NCBI GenBank assembly: GCA_964057225.1
Contig: OZ059896.1
Coordinates: 2,356,001 to 2,420,000 of the forward strand
DNA length: 64,000 bases
Direction of reading: 5' to 3'
DNA from: Auanema rhodensis
Lineage: Eukaryota > Animalia > Nematoda
The position numbers were made by a program, and so were the translations under genes. Positions 24,001-38,918 of the stretch are shown one piece after another. The notes below the pieces were generated by a model. That model worked only from the letters and a program-made list of their open reading frames with translations, was not told the DNA's origin and searched no databases. The stretch's first letter is position 1; every line of letters starts with the position of its first letter.

Positions 24001-27000
24001 TCGTTTGAAAAATGATGCATTAGTGTATGTTGAGTTTCCATGTACACTCAACATTGCTTCCAAAAACATTTTGACAAAATTTTTTCGAAAAATTTCAAAA
24101 TAATTTCGCAAAAAGTAGATGTTTTTAGATTCCTTTTTTTGAGGCAAAAACGATGGACAATGTTATTCAACGAAAAAATTAATTCTTCAGGGTGAAAATC
24201 GAGGATATAAGTGTGAACTTATATCAGTTGATATCTCGGTGCATTTTTAAGCTAGCGCAAATCTGATAACACAGATCGACGCAGCTTAAAAATCCGCATC
24301 GAATGCATTATACTACATGGAGAAACGCTCATCACAAAAATTAGTTATGATCGTTTGAAAAATGATGCATTAGTGTATGTTGAGTTTCCATGTACACTCA
24401 ACATTGCTTCCAAAAACATTTTGACAAAATTTTTTCGAAAAATTTCAAAATAATTTCGCAAAAAGTAGATGTTTTTAGATTCCTTTTTTTGAGGCAAAAA
24501 CGATGGACAATGTTATTCAACGAAAAAATTAATTCTTCAGGGTGAAAATCGAGGATATAAGTGTGAACTTATATCAGTTAATATCTCGGTGCATTTTTAA
24601 GCTAGCGCAAATCTGATAACACAGATCGACGCAGCTTAAAAAACCGCATCGAATGCACTATATTACATTGAGAAAAGCTTAATACAAAAATTAGTTATGA
24701 TCGTTTGAAAAATGATGCATTAGTGTATGTTGAGTTTCCATGTACACTCAAAATTGCTTCCAAAAACATTTTGACAAAAATGTTTTCGAAAAATTTCAAA
24801 ATAATTTAGCAAAAAGTAGATGTTTTTAGATTCCTTTTTTCAAGGCAAAAACGATGGACAATGTTATTCAACGAAAAAATTAATTCTTCAGGGTGAAAAT
24901 CGAGGATATAAGTGTGAACTTATATCAGTTGATATCTCGGTGCATTTTTAAGCTAGCGCAAATCTGATAACACAGATCGACGCAGCTTAGAAATCCGCAT
25001 CGAATGCACTATATTACATTGAGGAAAGCTTAATACAAAAATTAGTTATGATTGTTTGAAAAATGATGCATTAGTGTATGTTGAGTTTCCATGTACACTC
25101 AAAATTGCTTCCAAAAACATTTTGACAAAAATTTTTTCGAAAAATTTCAAAATAATTTAGCAAAAAGTAGATGTTTTTAGATTCCTTCTTTCAAGGCAAA
25201 AACGATGGACAATGTTATTCAACGAAAAAATTAATTCTTCAGGGTGAAAATCGAGGATATAAGTGTGAACTTATATCAGTTGATATCTCGGTGCATTTTT
25301 AAGCTAGCGCAAATCTGATAACACAGATCGACGCAGCTTAAAAGTCCGCATCGAATGCACTATACTACATTAAGAAAAGCTTAATACAAAAATTAGTTAT
25401 GATCGTTTGAAAAATGATGCATTAGTGTATGTTGAGTTTCCATGTACACTCAAAATTGCTTCCAAAAACATTTTGACAAAAATTTTTTCGAAAAATTTCA
25501 AAATAATTTAGCAAAAAGTAGATGTTTTTAGATTCCTTCTCTCAAGGCAAAAACGATGGGCAATGTTATTCAACGAAAAAATTAATTCTTCAGGGTGAAA
25601 ATCGAGGATATAAGTGTGAACTTATATCAGTTGATATCTCGGTGCATTTTTAAGCTAGCGCAAATCTGATAACACAGATCGACGCAGCTTAAAAATCCGC
25701 ATCGAATGCATTATACTACATGGAGAAACGCTCATCACAAAAATTAGTTATGATCGTTTGAAAAATGATGCATTAGTGTATGTTGAGTTTCCATGTACAC
25801 TCAACATTGCTTCCAAAAACATTTTGACAAAATTTTTTCGAAAAATTTCAAAATAATTTCGCAAAAAGTAGATGTTTTTAGATTCCTTTTTTTGAGGCAA
25901 AAACGATGGACAATGTTATTCAACGAAAAAATTAATTCTTCAGGGTGAAAATCGAGGATATAAGTGTGAACTTATATCAGTTGATATCTCGGTGCATTTT
26001 TAAGCTAGCGCAAATCTGATAACACAGATCGACGCAGCTTAAAAATCCGCATCGAATGCATTATACTACATGGAGAAACGCTCATCACAAAAATTAGTTA
26101 TGATCGTTTGAAAAATGATGCATTAGTGTATGTTGAGTTTCCATGTACACTCAACATTGCTTCCAAAAACATTTTGACAAAATTTTTTCGAAAAATTTCA
26201 AAATAATTTAGCAAAAAGTAGATGTTTTTAGATTCCTTCTTTCAAGGCAAAAACGATGGGCAATGTTATTCAACGAAAAAATTAATTCTTCAGGGTGAAA
26301 ATCGTGGATATAAGTGTGAACTTATATCAGTTGATATCTCGGTGCATTTTTAAGCTAGCGCAAATCTGATAACACAGATCGACGCAGCTTAAAAATCCGC
26401 ATCGAATGCATTTTACTACATGGAGAAACGCTCATCACAAAAATTAGTTATGATCGTTTGAAAAATGATGCATTAGTGTATGTTGAGTTTCCATGTACAC
26501 TCAACATTGCTTCCAAAAACATTTTGACAAAATTTTTTCGAAAAATTTCAAAATAATTTCGCAAAAAGTAGATGTTTTTAGATTCCTTTTTTTGAGGCAA
26601 AAACGATGGACAATGTTATTCAACGAAAAAATTAATTCTTCAGGGTGAAAATCGAGGATATAAGTGTGAACTTATATCAGTTGATATCTCGGTGCATTTT
26701 TAAGCTAGCGCAAATCTGATAACACAGATCGACGCAGCTTAAAAATCCGCATCGAATGCATTATACTACATGGAGAAACGCTCATCACAAAAATTAGTTA
26801 TGATCGTTTGAAAAATGATGCATTAGTGTATGTTGAGTTTCCATGTACACTCAACATTGCTTCCAAAAACATTTTGACAAAATTTTTTCGAAAAATTTCA
26901 AAATAATTTCGCAAAAAGTAGATGTTTTTAGATTCCTTTTTTTGAGGCAAAAACGATGGACAATATTATTCAACGAAAAAATTAATTCTTCAGGGTGAAA

Positions 27001-27349
27001 ATCGAGGATATAAGTGTGAACTTATATCAGTTAATATCTCGGTGCATTTTTAAGCTAGCGCAAATCTGATAACACAGATCGACGCAGCTTAAAAAACCGC
27101 ATCGAATGCACTATATTACATTGAGAAAAGCTTAATACAAAAATTAGTTATGATCGTTTGAAAAATGATGCATTAGTGTATGTTGAGTTTCCATGTACAC
27201 TCAACATTGCTTCCAAAAACATTTTGACAAAAATTTTTTCGAAAAATTTCAAAATAATTTAGCAAAAAGTAGATGTTTTTAGATTCCTTTTTTCAAAACA
27301 AAAACGATGGACAATGTTATTCAACGAAAAAATTAATTCTTCAGGGTGA
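19991..27349 (+). repeat. 7-monomer higher-order repeat, about three copies, period 2453 bp (first copy followed by one extra monomer)
   Basis: The GCATTTTACT marker is at 21156, 23960 and 26413 (spacings 2804 and 2453). TTCTCTCAA monomers start at 19991, 22795 and 25248, and TTAGAAAT monomers at 22093 and 24897. Confidence 0.88.
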
Positions 27350-30300
27350 AAATCGAGGATATAAGTGTGAACTTATATCAGATGATATCTAGGTGCATTT
27401 TTAAGCTAGCGCAAATCTGATAACACAGATCGACGCAGCTTAAAAATCCGCATCGAATGCACTATATTACATTGAGGAAAGCTTAATACAAAAATTAGTT
27501 ATGATCGTTTGAAAAATGATGCATTAGTGTATGTTGAGTTTCCATGTACACTCAAAATTGCTTCCAAAAACATTTTGACAAAAATTTTTTCGAAAAATTT
27601 CAAAATAATTTAGCAAAAAGTAGATGTTTTTAGATTCCTTCTTTCAAGGCAAAAACGATGGACAATGTTATTCAACGAAAAAATTAATTCTTCAGGGTGA
27701 AAATCGAGGATATAAGTGTGAACTTATATCAGTTGATATCTCGGTGCATTTTTAAGCTAGCGCAAATCTGATAACACAGATCGACGCAGCTTAAAAATCC
27801 GCATCGAATGCATTATACTACATGGAGAAACGCTCATCACAAAAATTAGTTATGATCGTTTGAAAAATGATGCATTAGTGTATGTTGAGTTTCCATGTAC
27901 ACTCAACATTGCTTCCAAAAACATTTTGACAAAATTTTTTCGAAAAATTTCAAAATAATTTCGCAAAAAGTAGATGTTTTTAGATTCCTTTTTTTGAGGC
28001 AAAAACGATGGACAATGTTATTCAACGAAAAAATTAATTCTTCAGGGTGAAAATCGAGGATATAAGTGTGAACTTATATCAGTTAATATCTCGGTGCATT
28101 TTTAAGCTAGCGCAAATCTGATAACACAGATCGACGCAGCTTAAAAGTCCGCATCGAATGCACTATACTACATTAAGAAAGGCTTAATACAAAAATTAGT
28201 TATGATCGTTTGAAAAATGATGCATTAGTGTATGTTGAGTTTCCATGTACACTCAAAATTGCTTCCAAAAACATTTTGACAAAAATTTTTTCGAAAAATT
28301 TCAAAATAATTTAGCAAAAAGTAGATGTTTTTAGATTCCTTCTTTCAAGGCAAAAACGATGGACAATGTTATTCAACGAAAAAATTAATTCTTCAGGGTG
28401 AAAATCGAGGATATAAGTGTGAACTTATATCAGTTGATATCTCGGTGCATTTTTAAGCTAGCGCAAATCTGATAACACAGATCGACGCAGCTTAAAAATC
28501 CGCATCGAATGCATTATACTACATGGAGAAACGCTCATCACAAAAATTAGTTATGATCGTTTGAAAAATGATGCATTAGTGTATGTTGAGTTTCCATGTA
28601 CACTCAACATTGCTTCCAAAAACATTTTGACAAAATTTTTTCGAAAAATTTCAAAATAATTTCGCAAAAAGTAGATGTTTTTAGATTCCTTTTTTTGAGG
28701 CAAAAACGATGGACAATGTTATTCAACGAAAAAATTAATTCTTCAGGGTGAAAATCGAGGATATAAGTGTGAACTTATATCAGTTAATATCTCGGTGCAT
28801 TTTTAAGCTAGCGCAAATCTGATAACACAGATCGACGCAGCTTAAAAGTCCGCATCGAATGCACTATACTACATTAAGAAAGGCTTAATACAAAAATTAG
28901 TTATGATCGTTTGAAAAATGATGCATTAGTGTATGTTGAGTTTCCATGTACACTCAAAATTGCTTCCAAAAACATTTTGACAAAAATTTTTTCGAAAAAT
29001 TTCAAAATAATTTCGCAAAAAGTAGATGTTTTTAGATTCCTTTTTTTGAGGCAAAAACGATGGACAATGTTATTCAACGAAAAAATTAATTCTTCAGGGT
29101 GAAAATCGAGGATATAAGTGTGAACTTATATCAGTTGATATCTCGGTGCATTTTTAAGCTAGCGCAAATCTGATAACACAGATCGACGCAGCTTAAAAAT
29201 CCGCATCGAATGCATTATACTACATGGAGAAACGCTCATCACAAAAATTAGTTATGATCGTTTGAAAAATGATGCATTAGTGTATGTTGAGTTTCCATGT
29301 ACACTCAACATTGCTTCCAAAAACATTTTGACAAAATTTTTTCGAAAAATTTCAAAATAATTTCGCAAAAAGTAGATGTTTTTAGATTCCTTTTTTTGAG
29401 GCAAAAACGATGGACAATGTTATTCAACGGAAAAATTAATTCTTCAGGGTGAAAATCGAGGATATAAGTGTGAACTTATATCAGTTGATATCTCGGTGCA
29501 TTTTTAAGCTAGCGCAAATCTGATAACACAGATCGACGCAGCTTAAAAATCCGCATCGAATGCATTATACTACATGGAGAAACGCTCATCACAAAAATTA
29601 GTTATGATCGTTTGAAAAATGATGCATTAGTGTATGTTGAGTTTCCATGTACACTCAACATTGCTTCCAAAAACATTTTGACAAAATTTTTTCGAAAAAT
29701 TTCAAAATAATTTCGCAAAAAGTAGATGTTTTTAGATTCCTTTTTTTGAGGCAAAAACGATGGACAATGTTATTCAACGGAAAAATTAATTCTTCAGGGT
29801 GAAAATCGAGGATATAAGTGTGAACTTATATCAGTTAATATCTCGGTGCATTTTTAAGCTAGCGCAAATCTGATAACACAGATCGACGCAGCTTAAAAAT
29901 CCGCATCGAAAGCATTATACTACATGGAGAAACGCTCATCACAAAAATTAGTTATGATCGTTTGAAAAATGATGCATTAGTGTATGTTGAGTTTCCATGT
30001 ACACTCAACATTGCTTCCAAAAACATTTTGACAAAATTTTTTCGAAAAATTTCAAAATAATTTCGCAAAAAGTAGATGTTTTTAGATTCCTTTTTTTGAG
30101 GCAAAAACGATGGACAATGTTATTCAACGAAAAAATTAATTCTTCAGGGTGAAAATCGAGGATATAAGTGTGAACTTATATCAGTTGATATCTCGGTGCA
30201 TTTTTAAGCTAGCGCAAATCTGATAACACAGATCGACGCAGCTTAAAAATCCGCATCGAATGCATTATACTACATGGAGGAACGCTCATCACAAAAATTA

Positions 30301-33300
30301 GTTATGATCGTTTGAAAAATGATGCATTAGTGTATGTTGAGTTTCCATGTACACTCAACATTGCTTCCAAAAACATTTTGACAAAATTTTTTCGAAAAAT
30401 TTCAAAATAATTTCGCAAAAAGTAGATGTTTTTAGATTCCTTTTTTTGAGGCAAAAACGATGGACAATGTTATTCAACGGAAAAATTAATTCTTCAGGGT
30501 GAAAATCGAGGATATAAGTGTGAACTTATATCAGTTAATATCTCGGTGCATTTTTAAGCTAGCGCAAATCTGATAACACAGATCGACGCAGCTTAAAAGT
30601 CCGCATCGAATGCACTATACTACATTAAGAAAGGCTTAATACAAAAATTAGTTATGATCGTTTGAAAAATGATGCATTAGTGTATGTTGAGTTTCCATGT
30701 ACACTCAAAATTGCTTCCAAAAACATTTTGACAAAAATTTTTTCGAAAAATTTCAAAATAATTTCGCAAAAAGTAGATGTTTTTAGATTCCTTTTTTTGA
30801 GGCAAAAACGATGGACAATGTTATTCAACGAAAAAATTAATTCTTCAGGGTGAAAATCGAGGATATAAGTGTGAACTTATATCAGTTGATATCTCGGTGC
30901 ATTTTTAAGCTAGCGCAAATCTGATAACACAGATCGACGCAGCTTAAAAATCCGCATCGAATGCACTATATTACATTGAGGAAAGCTTAATACAAAAATT
31001 AGTTATGATTGTTTGAAAAATGATGCATTAGTGTATGTTGAGTTTCCATGTACACTCAAAATTGCTTCCAAAAACATTTTGACAAAAATTTTTTCGAAAA
31101 ATTTCAAAATAATTTAGCAAAAAGTAGATGTTTTTAGATTCCTTCTTTCAAGGCAAAAACGATGGACAATGTTATTCAACGAAAAAATTAATTCTTCAGG
31201 GTGAAAATCGAGGATATAAGTGTGAACTTATATCAGTTGATATCTCGGTGCATTTTTAAGCTAGCGCAAATCTGATAACACAGATCGACGCAGCTTAAAA
31301 ATCCGCATCGAATGCATTATACTACATGGAGAAACGCTCATCACAAAAATTAGTTATGATCGTTTGAAAAATGATGCATTAGTGTATGTTGAGTTTCCAT
31401 GTACACTCAAAATTGCTTCCAAAAACATTTTGACAAAAATTTTTTCGAAAAATTTCAAAATAATTTAGCAAAAAGTAGATGTTTTTAGATTCCTTCTTTC
31501 AAGGCAAAAACGATGGACAATGTTATTCAACGAAAAAATTAATTCTTCAGGGTGAAAATCGAGGATATAAGTGTGAACTTATATCAGTTAATATCTCGGT
31601 GCATTTTTAAGCTAGCGCAAATCTGATAACACAGATCGACGCAGCTTAAAAAACCGCATCGAATGCACTATATTACATTGAGAAAAGCTTAATACAAAAA
31701 TTAGTTATGATCGTTTGAAAAATGATGCATTAGTGTATGTTGAGTTTCCATGTACACTCAACATTGCTTCCAAAAACATTTTGACAAAAATTTTTTCGAA
31801 AAATTTCAAAATAATTTAGCAAAAAGTAGATGTTTTTAGATTCCTTTTTTCAAGGCAAAAACGATGGACAATGTTATTCAACGAAAAAATTAATTCTTCA
31901 GGGTGAAAATCGAGGATATAAGTGTGAACTTATATCAGATGATATCTAGGTGCATTTTTAAGCTAGCGCAAATCTGATAACACAGATCGACGCAGCTTAA
32001 AAATCCGCATCGAATGCACTATATTACATTGAGGAAAGCTTAATACAAAAATTAGTTATGATCGTTTGAAAAAAGATGCATTAGTGTATGTTGAGTTTCC
32101 ATGTACACTCAAAATTGCTTCCAAAAACATTTTGACAAAAATTTTTTCGAAAAATTTCAAAATAATTTAGCGAAAAGTAGATGTTTTTAGATTCCTTTTT
32201 TCAAGGCAAAAACGATGGACAATGTTATTCAACGAAAAAATTAATTCTTCAGGGTGAAAATCGAGGATATAAGTGTGAACTTATATCAGATGATATCTAG
32301 GTGCATTTTTAAGCTAGCGCAAATCTGATAACACAGATCGACGCAGCTTAAAAATCCGCATCGAATGCACTATATTACATTGAGGAAAGCTTAATACAAA
32401 AATTAGTTATGATCGTTTGAAAAAAGATGCATTAGTGTATGTTGAGTTTCCATGTACACTCAAAATTGCTTCCAAAAACATTTTGACAAAAATTTTTTCG
32501 AAAAATTTCAAAATAATTTAGCAAAAAGTAGATGTTTTTAGATTCCTTTTTTCAAGGCAAAAACGATGGACAATGTTATTCAACGAAAAAATTAATTCTT
32601 CAGGGTGAAAATCGAGGATATAAGTGTGAACTTATATCAGATGATATCTAGGTGCATTTTTAAGCTAGCGCAAATCTGATAACACAGATCGACGCAGCTT
32701 AAAAATCCGCATCGAATGCACTATATTACATTGAGGAAAGCTTAATACAAAAATTAGTTATGATCGTTTGAAAAATGATGCATTAGTGTATGTTGAGTTT
32801 CCATGTACACTCAACATTGCTTCCAAAAACATTTTGACAAAATTTTTTCGAAAAATTTCAAAATAATTTCGCAAAAAGTAGATGTTTTTAGATTCCTTCT
32901 TTCAAGGCAAAAACGATGGACAATGTTATTCAACGAAAAAATTAATTCTTCAGGGTGAAAATCGAGGATATAAGTGTGAACTTATATCAGTTGATATCTC
33001 GGTGCATTTTTAAGCTAGCGCAAATCTGATAACACAGATCGACGCAGCTTAAAAATCCGCATCGAAAGCATTATACTACATGGAGAAACGCTCATCACAA
33101 AAATTAGTTATGATCGTTTGAAAAATGATGCATTAGTGTATGTTGAGTTTCCATGTACACTCAACATTGCTTCCAAAAACATTTTGACAAAATTTTTTCG
33201 AAAAATTTCAAAATAATTTCGCAAAAAGTAGATGTTTTTAGATTCCTTTTTTTGAGGCAAAAACGATGGACAATGTTATTCAACGAAAAAATTAATTCTT

Positions 33301-36114
33301 CAGGGTGAAAATCGAGGATATAAGTGTGAACTTATATCAGTTAATATCTCGGTGCATTTTTAAGCTAGCGCAAATCTGATAACACAGATCGACGCAGCTT
33401 AAAAGTCCGCATCGAATGCACTATACTACATTAAGAAAGGCTTAATACAAAAATTAGTTATGATCGTTTGAAAAATGATGCATTAGTGTATGTTGAGTTT
33501 CCATGTACACTCAAAATTGCTTCCAAAAACATTTTGACAAAAATTTTTTCGAAAAATTTCAAAATAATTTAGCAAAAAGTAGATGTTTTTAGATTCCTTC
33601 TTTCAAGGCAAAAACGATGGACAATGTTATTCAACGAAAAAATTAATTCTTCAGGGAGAAAATCGAGGATATAAGTGTGAACTTATATCAGTTGATATCT
33701 CGGTGCATTTTTAAGCTAGCGCAAATCTGATAACACAGATCGACGCAGCTTAAAAATCCGCATCGAATGCACTATATTACATTGAGGAAAGCTTAATACA
33801 ACAATTAGTTATGATCGTTTGAAAAATGATGCATTAGTGTATGTTGAGTTTCCATGTACACTCAAAATTGCTTCCAAAAACATTTTGACAAAAATTTTTT
33901 CGAAAAATTCCAAATAATTTAGCAAAAAGTAGATGTTTTTAGATTCCTTCTTTCAAGGCAAAAACGATGGACAATGTTATTCAACGAAAAAATTAATTCT
34001 TCAGGGTGAAAATCGAGGATATAAGTGTGAACTTATATCAGTTGATATCTCGGTGCATTTTTAAGCTAGCGCAAATCTGATAACACAGATCGACGCAGCT
34101 TAAAAATCCGCATCGAATGCACTATATTACATTGAGGAAAGCTTAATACAAAAATTAGTTATGATTGTTTGAAAAATGATGCATTAGTGTATGTTGAGTT
34201 TCCATGTACACTCAAAATTGCTTCCAAAAACATTTTGACAAAAATTTTTTCGAAAAATTTCAAAATAATTTAGCAAAAAGTAGATGTTTTTAGATTCCTT
34301 CTTTCAAGGCAAAAACGATGGACAATGTTATTCAACGAAAAAATTAATTCTTCAGGGTGAAAATCGAGGATATAAGTGTGAACTTATATCAGTTGATATC
34401 TCGGTGCATTTTTAAGCTAGCGCAAATCTGATAACACAGATCGACGCAGCTTAAAAATCCGCATCGAATGCATTATACTACATGGAGAAACGCTCATCAC
34501 AAAAATTAGTTATGATCGTTTGAAAAATGATGCATTAGTGTATGTTGAGTTTCCATGTACACTCAAAATTGCTTCCAAAAACATTTTGACAAAAATTTTT
34601 TCGAAAAATTTCAAAATAATTTAGCAAAAAGTAGATGTTTTTAGATTCCTTCTTTCAAGGCAAAAACGATGGACAATGTTATTCAACGAAAAAATTAATT
34701 CTTCAGGGTGAAAATCGAGGATATAAGTGTGAACTTATATCAGTTAATATCTCGGTGCATTTTTAAGCTAGCGCAAATCTGATAACACAGATCGACGCAG
34801 CTTAAAAAACCGCATCGAATGCACTATATTACATTGAGAAAAGCTTAATACAAAAATTAGTTATGATCGTTTGAAAAATGATGCATTAGTGTATGTTGAG
34901 TTTCCATGTACACTCAACATTGCTTCCAAAAACATTTTGACAAAAATTTTTTCGAAAAATTTCAAAATAATTTAGCAAAAAGTAGATGTTTTTAGATTCC
35001 TTTTTTCAAGGCAAAAACGATGGACAATGTTATTCAACGAAAAAATTAATTCTTCAGGGTGAAAATCGAGGATATAAGTGTGAACTTATATCAGATGATA
35101 TCTAGGTGCATTTTTAAGCTAGCGCAAATCTGATAACACAGATCGACGCAGCTTAAAAATCCGCATCGAATGCACTATATTACATTGAGGAAAGCTTAAT
35201 ACAAAAATTAGTTATGATCGTTTGAAAAAAGATGCATTAGTGTATGTTGAGTTTCCATGTACACTCAAAATTGCTTCCAAAAACATTTTGACAAAAATTT
35301 TTTCGAAAAATTTCAAAATAATTTAGCAAAAAGTAGATGTTTTTAGATTCCTTTTTTCAAGGCAAAAACGATGGACAATGTTATTCAACGAAAAAATTAA
35401 TTCTTCAGGGTGAAAATCGAGGATATAAGTGTGAACTTATATCAGTTGATATCTCGGTGCATTTTTAAGCTAGCGCAAATCTGATAACACAGATCGACGC
35501 AGCTTAAAAATCCGCATCGAATGCATTATACTACATGAAGAAACGCTCATCACAAAAATTAGTTATGATCGTTTGAAAAATGATGCATTAGTGTATGTTG
35601 AGTTTCCATGTACACTCAACATTGCTTCCAAAAACATTTTGACAAAATGTTTTCGAAAAATTTCAAAATAATTTCGCAAAAAGTAGATGTTTTTAGATTC
35701 CTTTTTTTGAGGCAAAAACGATGGACAATGTTATTCAACGAAAAAATTAATTCTTCAGGGTGAAAATCGAGGATATAAGTGTGAACTTATATCAGTTGAT
35801 ATCTCGGTGCATTTTTAAGCTAGCGCAAATCTGATAACATAGATCGACGCAGCTTAAAAGTCCGCATCGAATGCACTATACTACACGGAGAAACGCTCAT
35901 CACAAAAATTAGTTATGATCGTTTGAAAAATGATGCATTAGTGTATGTTGAGTTTCCATGTACACTCAAAATTGCTTCCAAAAACATTTTGACAAAAATT
36001 TTTTCGAAAAATTTCAAAATAATTTAGCAAAAAGTAGATGTTTTTAGATTCCTTTTTTCAAGGCAAAAACGATGGACAATGTTATTCAACGAAAAAATTA
36101 ATTCTTCAGGGTGA

Positions 36115-38918
36115 AAATCGAGGATATAAGTGTGAACTTATATCAGATGATATCTAGGTGCATTTTTAAGCTAGCGCAAATCTGATAACACAGATCGACG
36201 CAGCTTAAAAATCCGCATCGAATGCACTATATTACATTGAGGAAAGCTTAATACAAAAATTAGTTATGATCGTTTAAAAAATGATGCATTAGTGTATGTT
36301 GAGTTTCCATGTACACTCAAAATTGCCTCCAAAAACATTTTGACAAAAATTTTTTCGAAAAATTTCAAAATAATTTAGCAAAAAGTAGATGTTTTTAGAT
36401 TCCTTCTTTCAAGGCAAAAACGATGGACAATGTTATTCAACGAAAAAATTAATTCTTCAGGGTGAAAATCGAGGATATAAGTGTGAAATTATATCAGTTG
36501 ATATCTCGGTGCATTTTTAAGCTAGCGCAAATCTGAGAACACAGATCGACGCAGCTTAAAAATCCGCATCGAATGCATTATACTACATGGAGAAACGCTC
36601 ATCACAAAAATTAGTTATGATCGTTTGAAAAATGATGCATTAGTGTATGTTGAGTTTCCATGTACACTCAACATTGCTTCCAAAAACATTTTGACAAAAT
36701 TTTTTCGAAAAATTTCAAAATAATTTCGCAAAAAGTAAATGTTTTTAGATTCCTTTTTTTGAGGCAAAAACGATGGACAATGTTATTCAACGAAAAAATT
36801 AATTCTTCAGGGTGAAAATCGAGGATATAAGTGTGAACTTATATCAGTTGATATCTCGGTGCATTTTTAAGCTAGCGCAAATCTGATAACACAGATCGAC
36901 GCAGCTTAAAAATCCGCATCGAATGCATTATACTACATGGAGAAACGCTCATCACAAAAATTAGTTATGATCGTTTGAAAAATGATGCATTAGTGTATGT
37001 TGAGTTTCCATGTACACTCAACATTGCTTCCAAAAACATTTTGACAAAATTTTTTCGAAAAATTTCAAAATAATTTCGCAAAAAGTAGATGTTTTTAGAT
37101 TCCTTTTTTTGAGGCAAAAACGATGGACAATGTTATTCAACGAAAAAATTAATTCTTCAGGGTGAAAATCGAGGATATAAGTGTGAACTTATATCAGATG
37201 ATATCTAGGTGCATTTTTAAGCTAGCGCAAATCTGATAACACAGATCGACGCAGCGTAAAAATCCGCATCGAATGCACTATATTACATTGAGGAAAGCTT
37301 AATACAAAAATTAGTTATGATCGTTTGAAAAGTGATGCATTAGTGTATGTTGAGTTTCCATGTACACTCAAAATTGCTTCCAAAAACATTTTGACAAAAA
37401 TTTTTTCGAAAAATTTCAAAATAATTTAGCAAAAAGTAGATGTTTTTGGATTCCTTCTTTCAAGGCAAAAACGATGGACAATGTTATTCAACGAAAAAAT
37501 TAATTCTTCAGGGTGAAAATCGAGGATATAAGTGTGAACTTATATCAGATGATATCTAGGTGCATTTTTAAGCTAGCGCAAATCTGATAACACAGATCGA
37601 CGCAGCTTAAAAATCCGCATCGAATGCACTATATTACATTGAGGAAAGCTTAATACAAAAATTAGTTATGATCGTTTAAAAAATGATGCATTAGTGTATG
37701 TTGAGTTTCCATGTACACTCAAAATTGCCTCCAAAAACATTTTGACAAAAATTTTTTCGAAAAATTTCAAAATAATTTAGCAAAAAGTAGATGTTTTTAG
37801 ATTCCTTCTTTCAAGGCAAAAACGATGGACAATGTTATTCAACGAAAAAATTAATTCTTCAGGGTGAAAATCGAGGATATAAGTGTGAAATTATATCAGT
37901 TGATATCTCGGTGCATTTTTAAGCTAGCGCAAATCTGAGAACACAGATCGACGCAGCTTAAAAATCCGCATCGAATGCATTATACTACATGGAGAAACGC
38001 TCATCACAAAAATTAGTTATGATCGTTTGAAAAATGATGCATTAGTGTATGTTGAGTTTCCATGTACACTCAACATTGCTTCCAAAAACATTTTGACAAA
38101 ATTTTTTCGAAAAATTTCAAAATAATTTCGCAAAAAGTAAATGTTTTTAGATTCCTTTTTTTGAGGCAAAAACGATGGACAATGTTATTCAACGAAAAAA
38201 TTAATTCTTCAGGGTGAAAATCGAGGATATAAGTGTGAACTTATATCAGTTGATATCTCGGTGCATTTTTAAGCTAGCGCAAATCTGATAACACAGATCG
38301 ACGCAGCTTAAAAATCCGCATCGAATGCATTATACTACATGGAGAAACGCTCATCACAAAAATTAGTTATGATCGTTTGAAAAATGATGCATTAGTGTAT
38401 GTTGAGTTTCCATGTACACTCAACATTGCTTCCAAAAACATTTTGACAAAATTTTTTCGAAAAATTTCAAAATAATTTCGCAAAAAGTAGATGTTTTTAG
38501 ATTCCTTTTTTTGAGGCAAAAACGATGGACAATGTTATTCAACGAAAAAATTAATTCTTCAGGGTGAAAATCGAGGATATAAGTGTGAACTTATATCAGA
38601 TGATATCTAGGTGCATTTTTAAGCTAGCGCAAATCTGATAACACAGATCGACGCAGCGTAAAAATCCGCATCGAATGCACTATATTACATTGAGGAAAGC
38701 TTAATACAAAAATTAGTTATGATCGTTTGAAAAGTGATGCATTAGTGTATGTTGAGTTTCCATGTACACTCAAAATTGCTTCCAAAAACATTTTGACAAA
38801 AATTTTTTCGAAAAATTTCAAAATAATTTAGCAAAAAGTAGATGTTTTTAGATTCCTTCTTTCAAGGCAAAAACGATGGACAATGTTATTCAACGAAAAA
38901 ATTAATTCTTCAGGGTGA
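36115..38918 (+). repeat. 4-monomer higher-order repeat, two tandem copies, period 1402 bp
   Basis: The monomers carrying TTTAAAAA+TGCCTCC (36115/37517), GAAATT+TGAGAAC+GTAAAT (36466/37868) and GCAGCGT+AAAGTG (37166/38568) recur in order. Confidence 0.9.
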
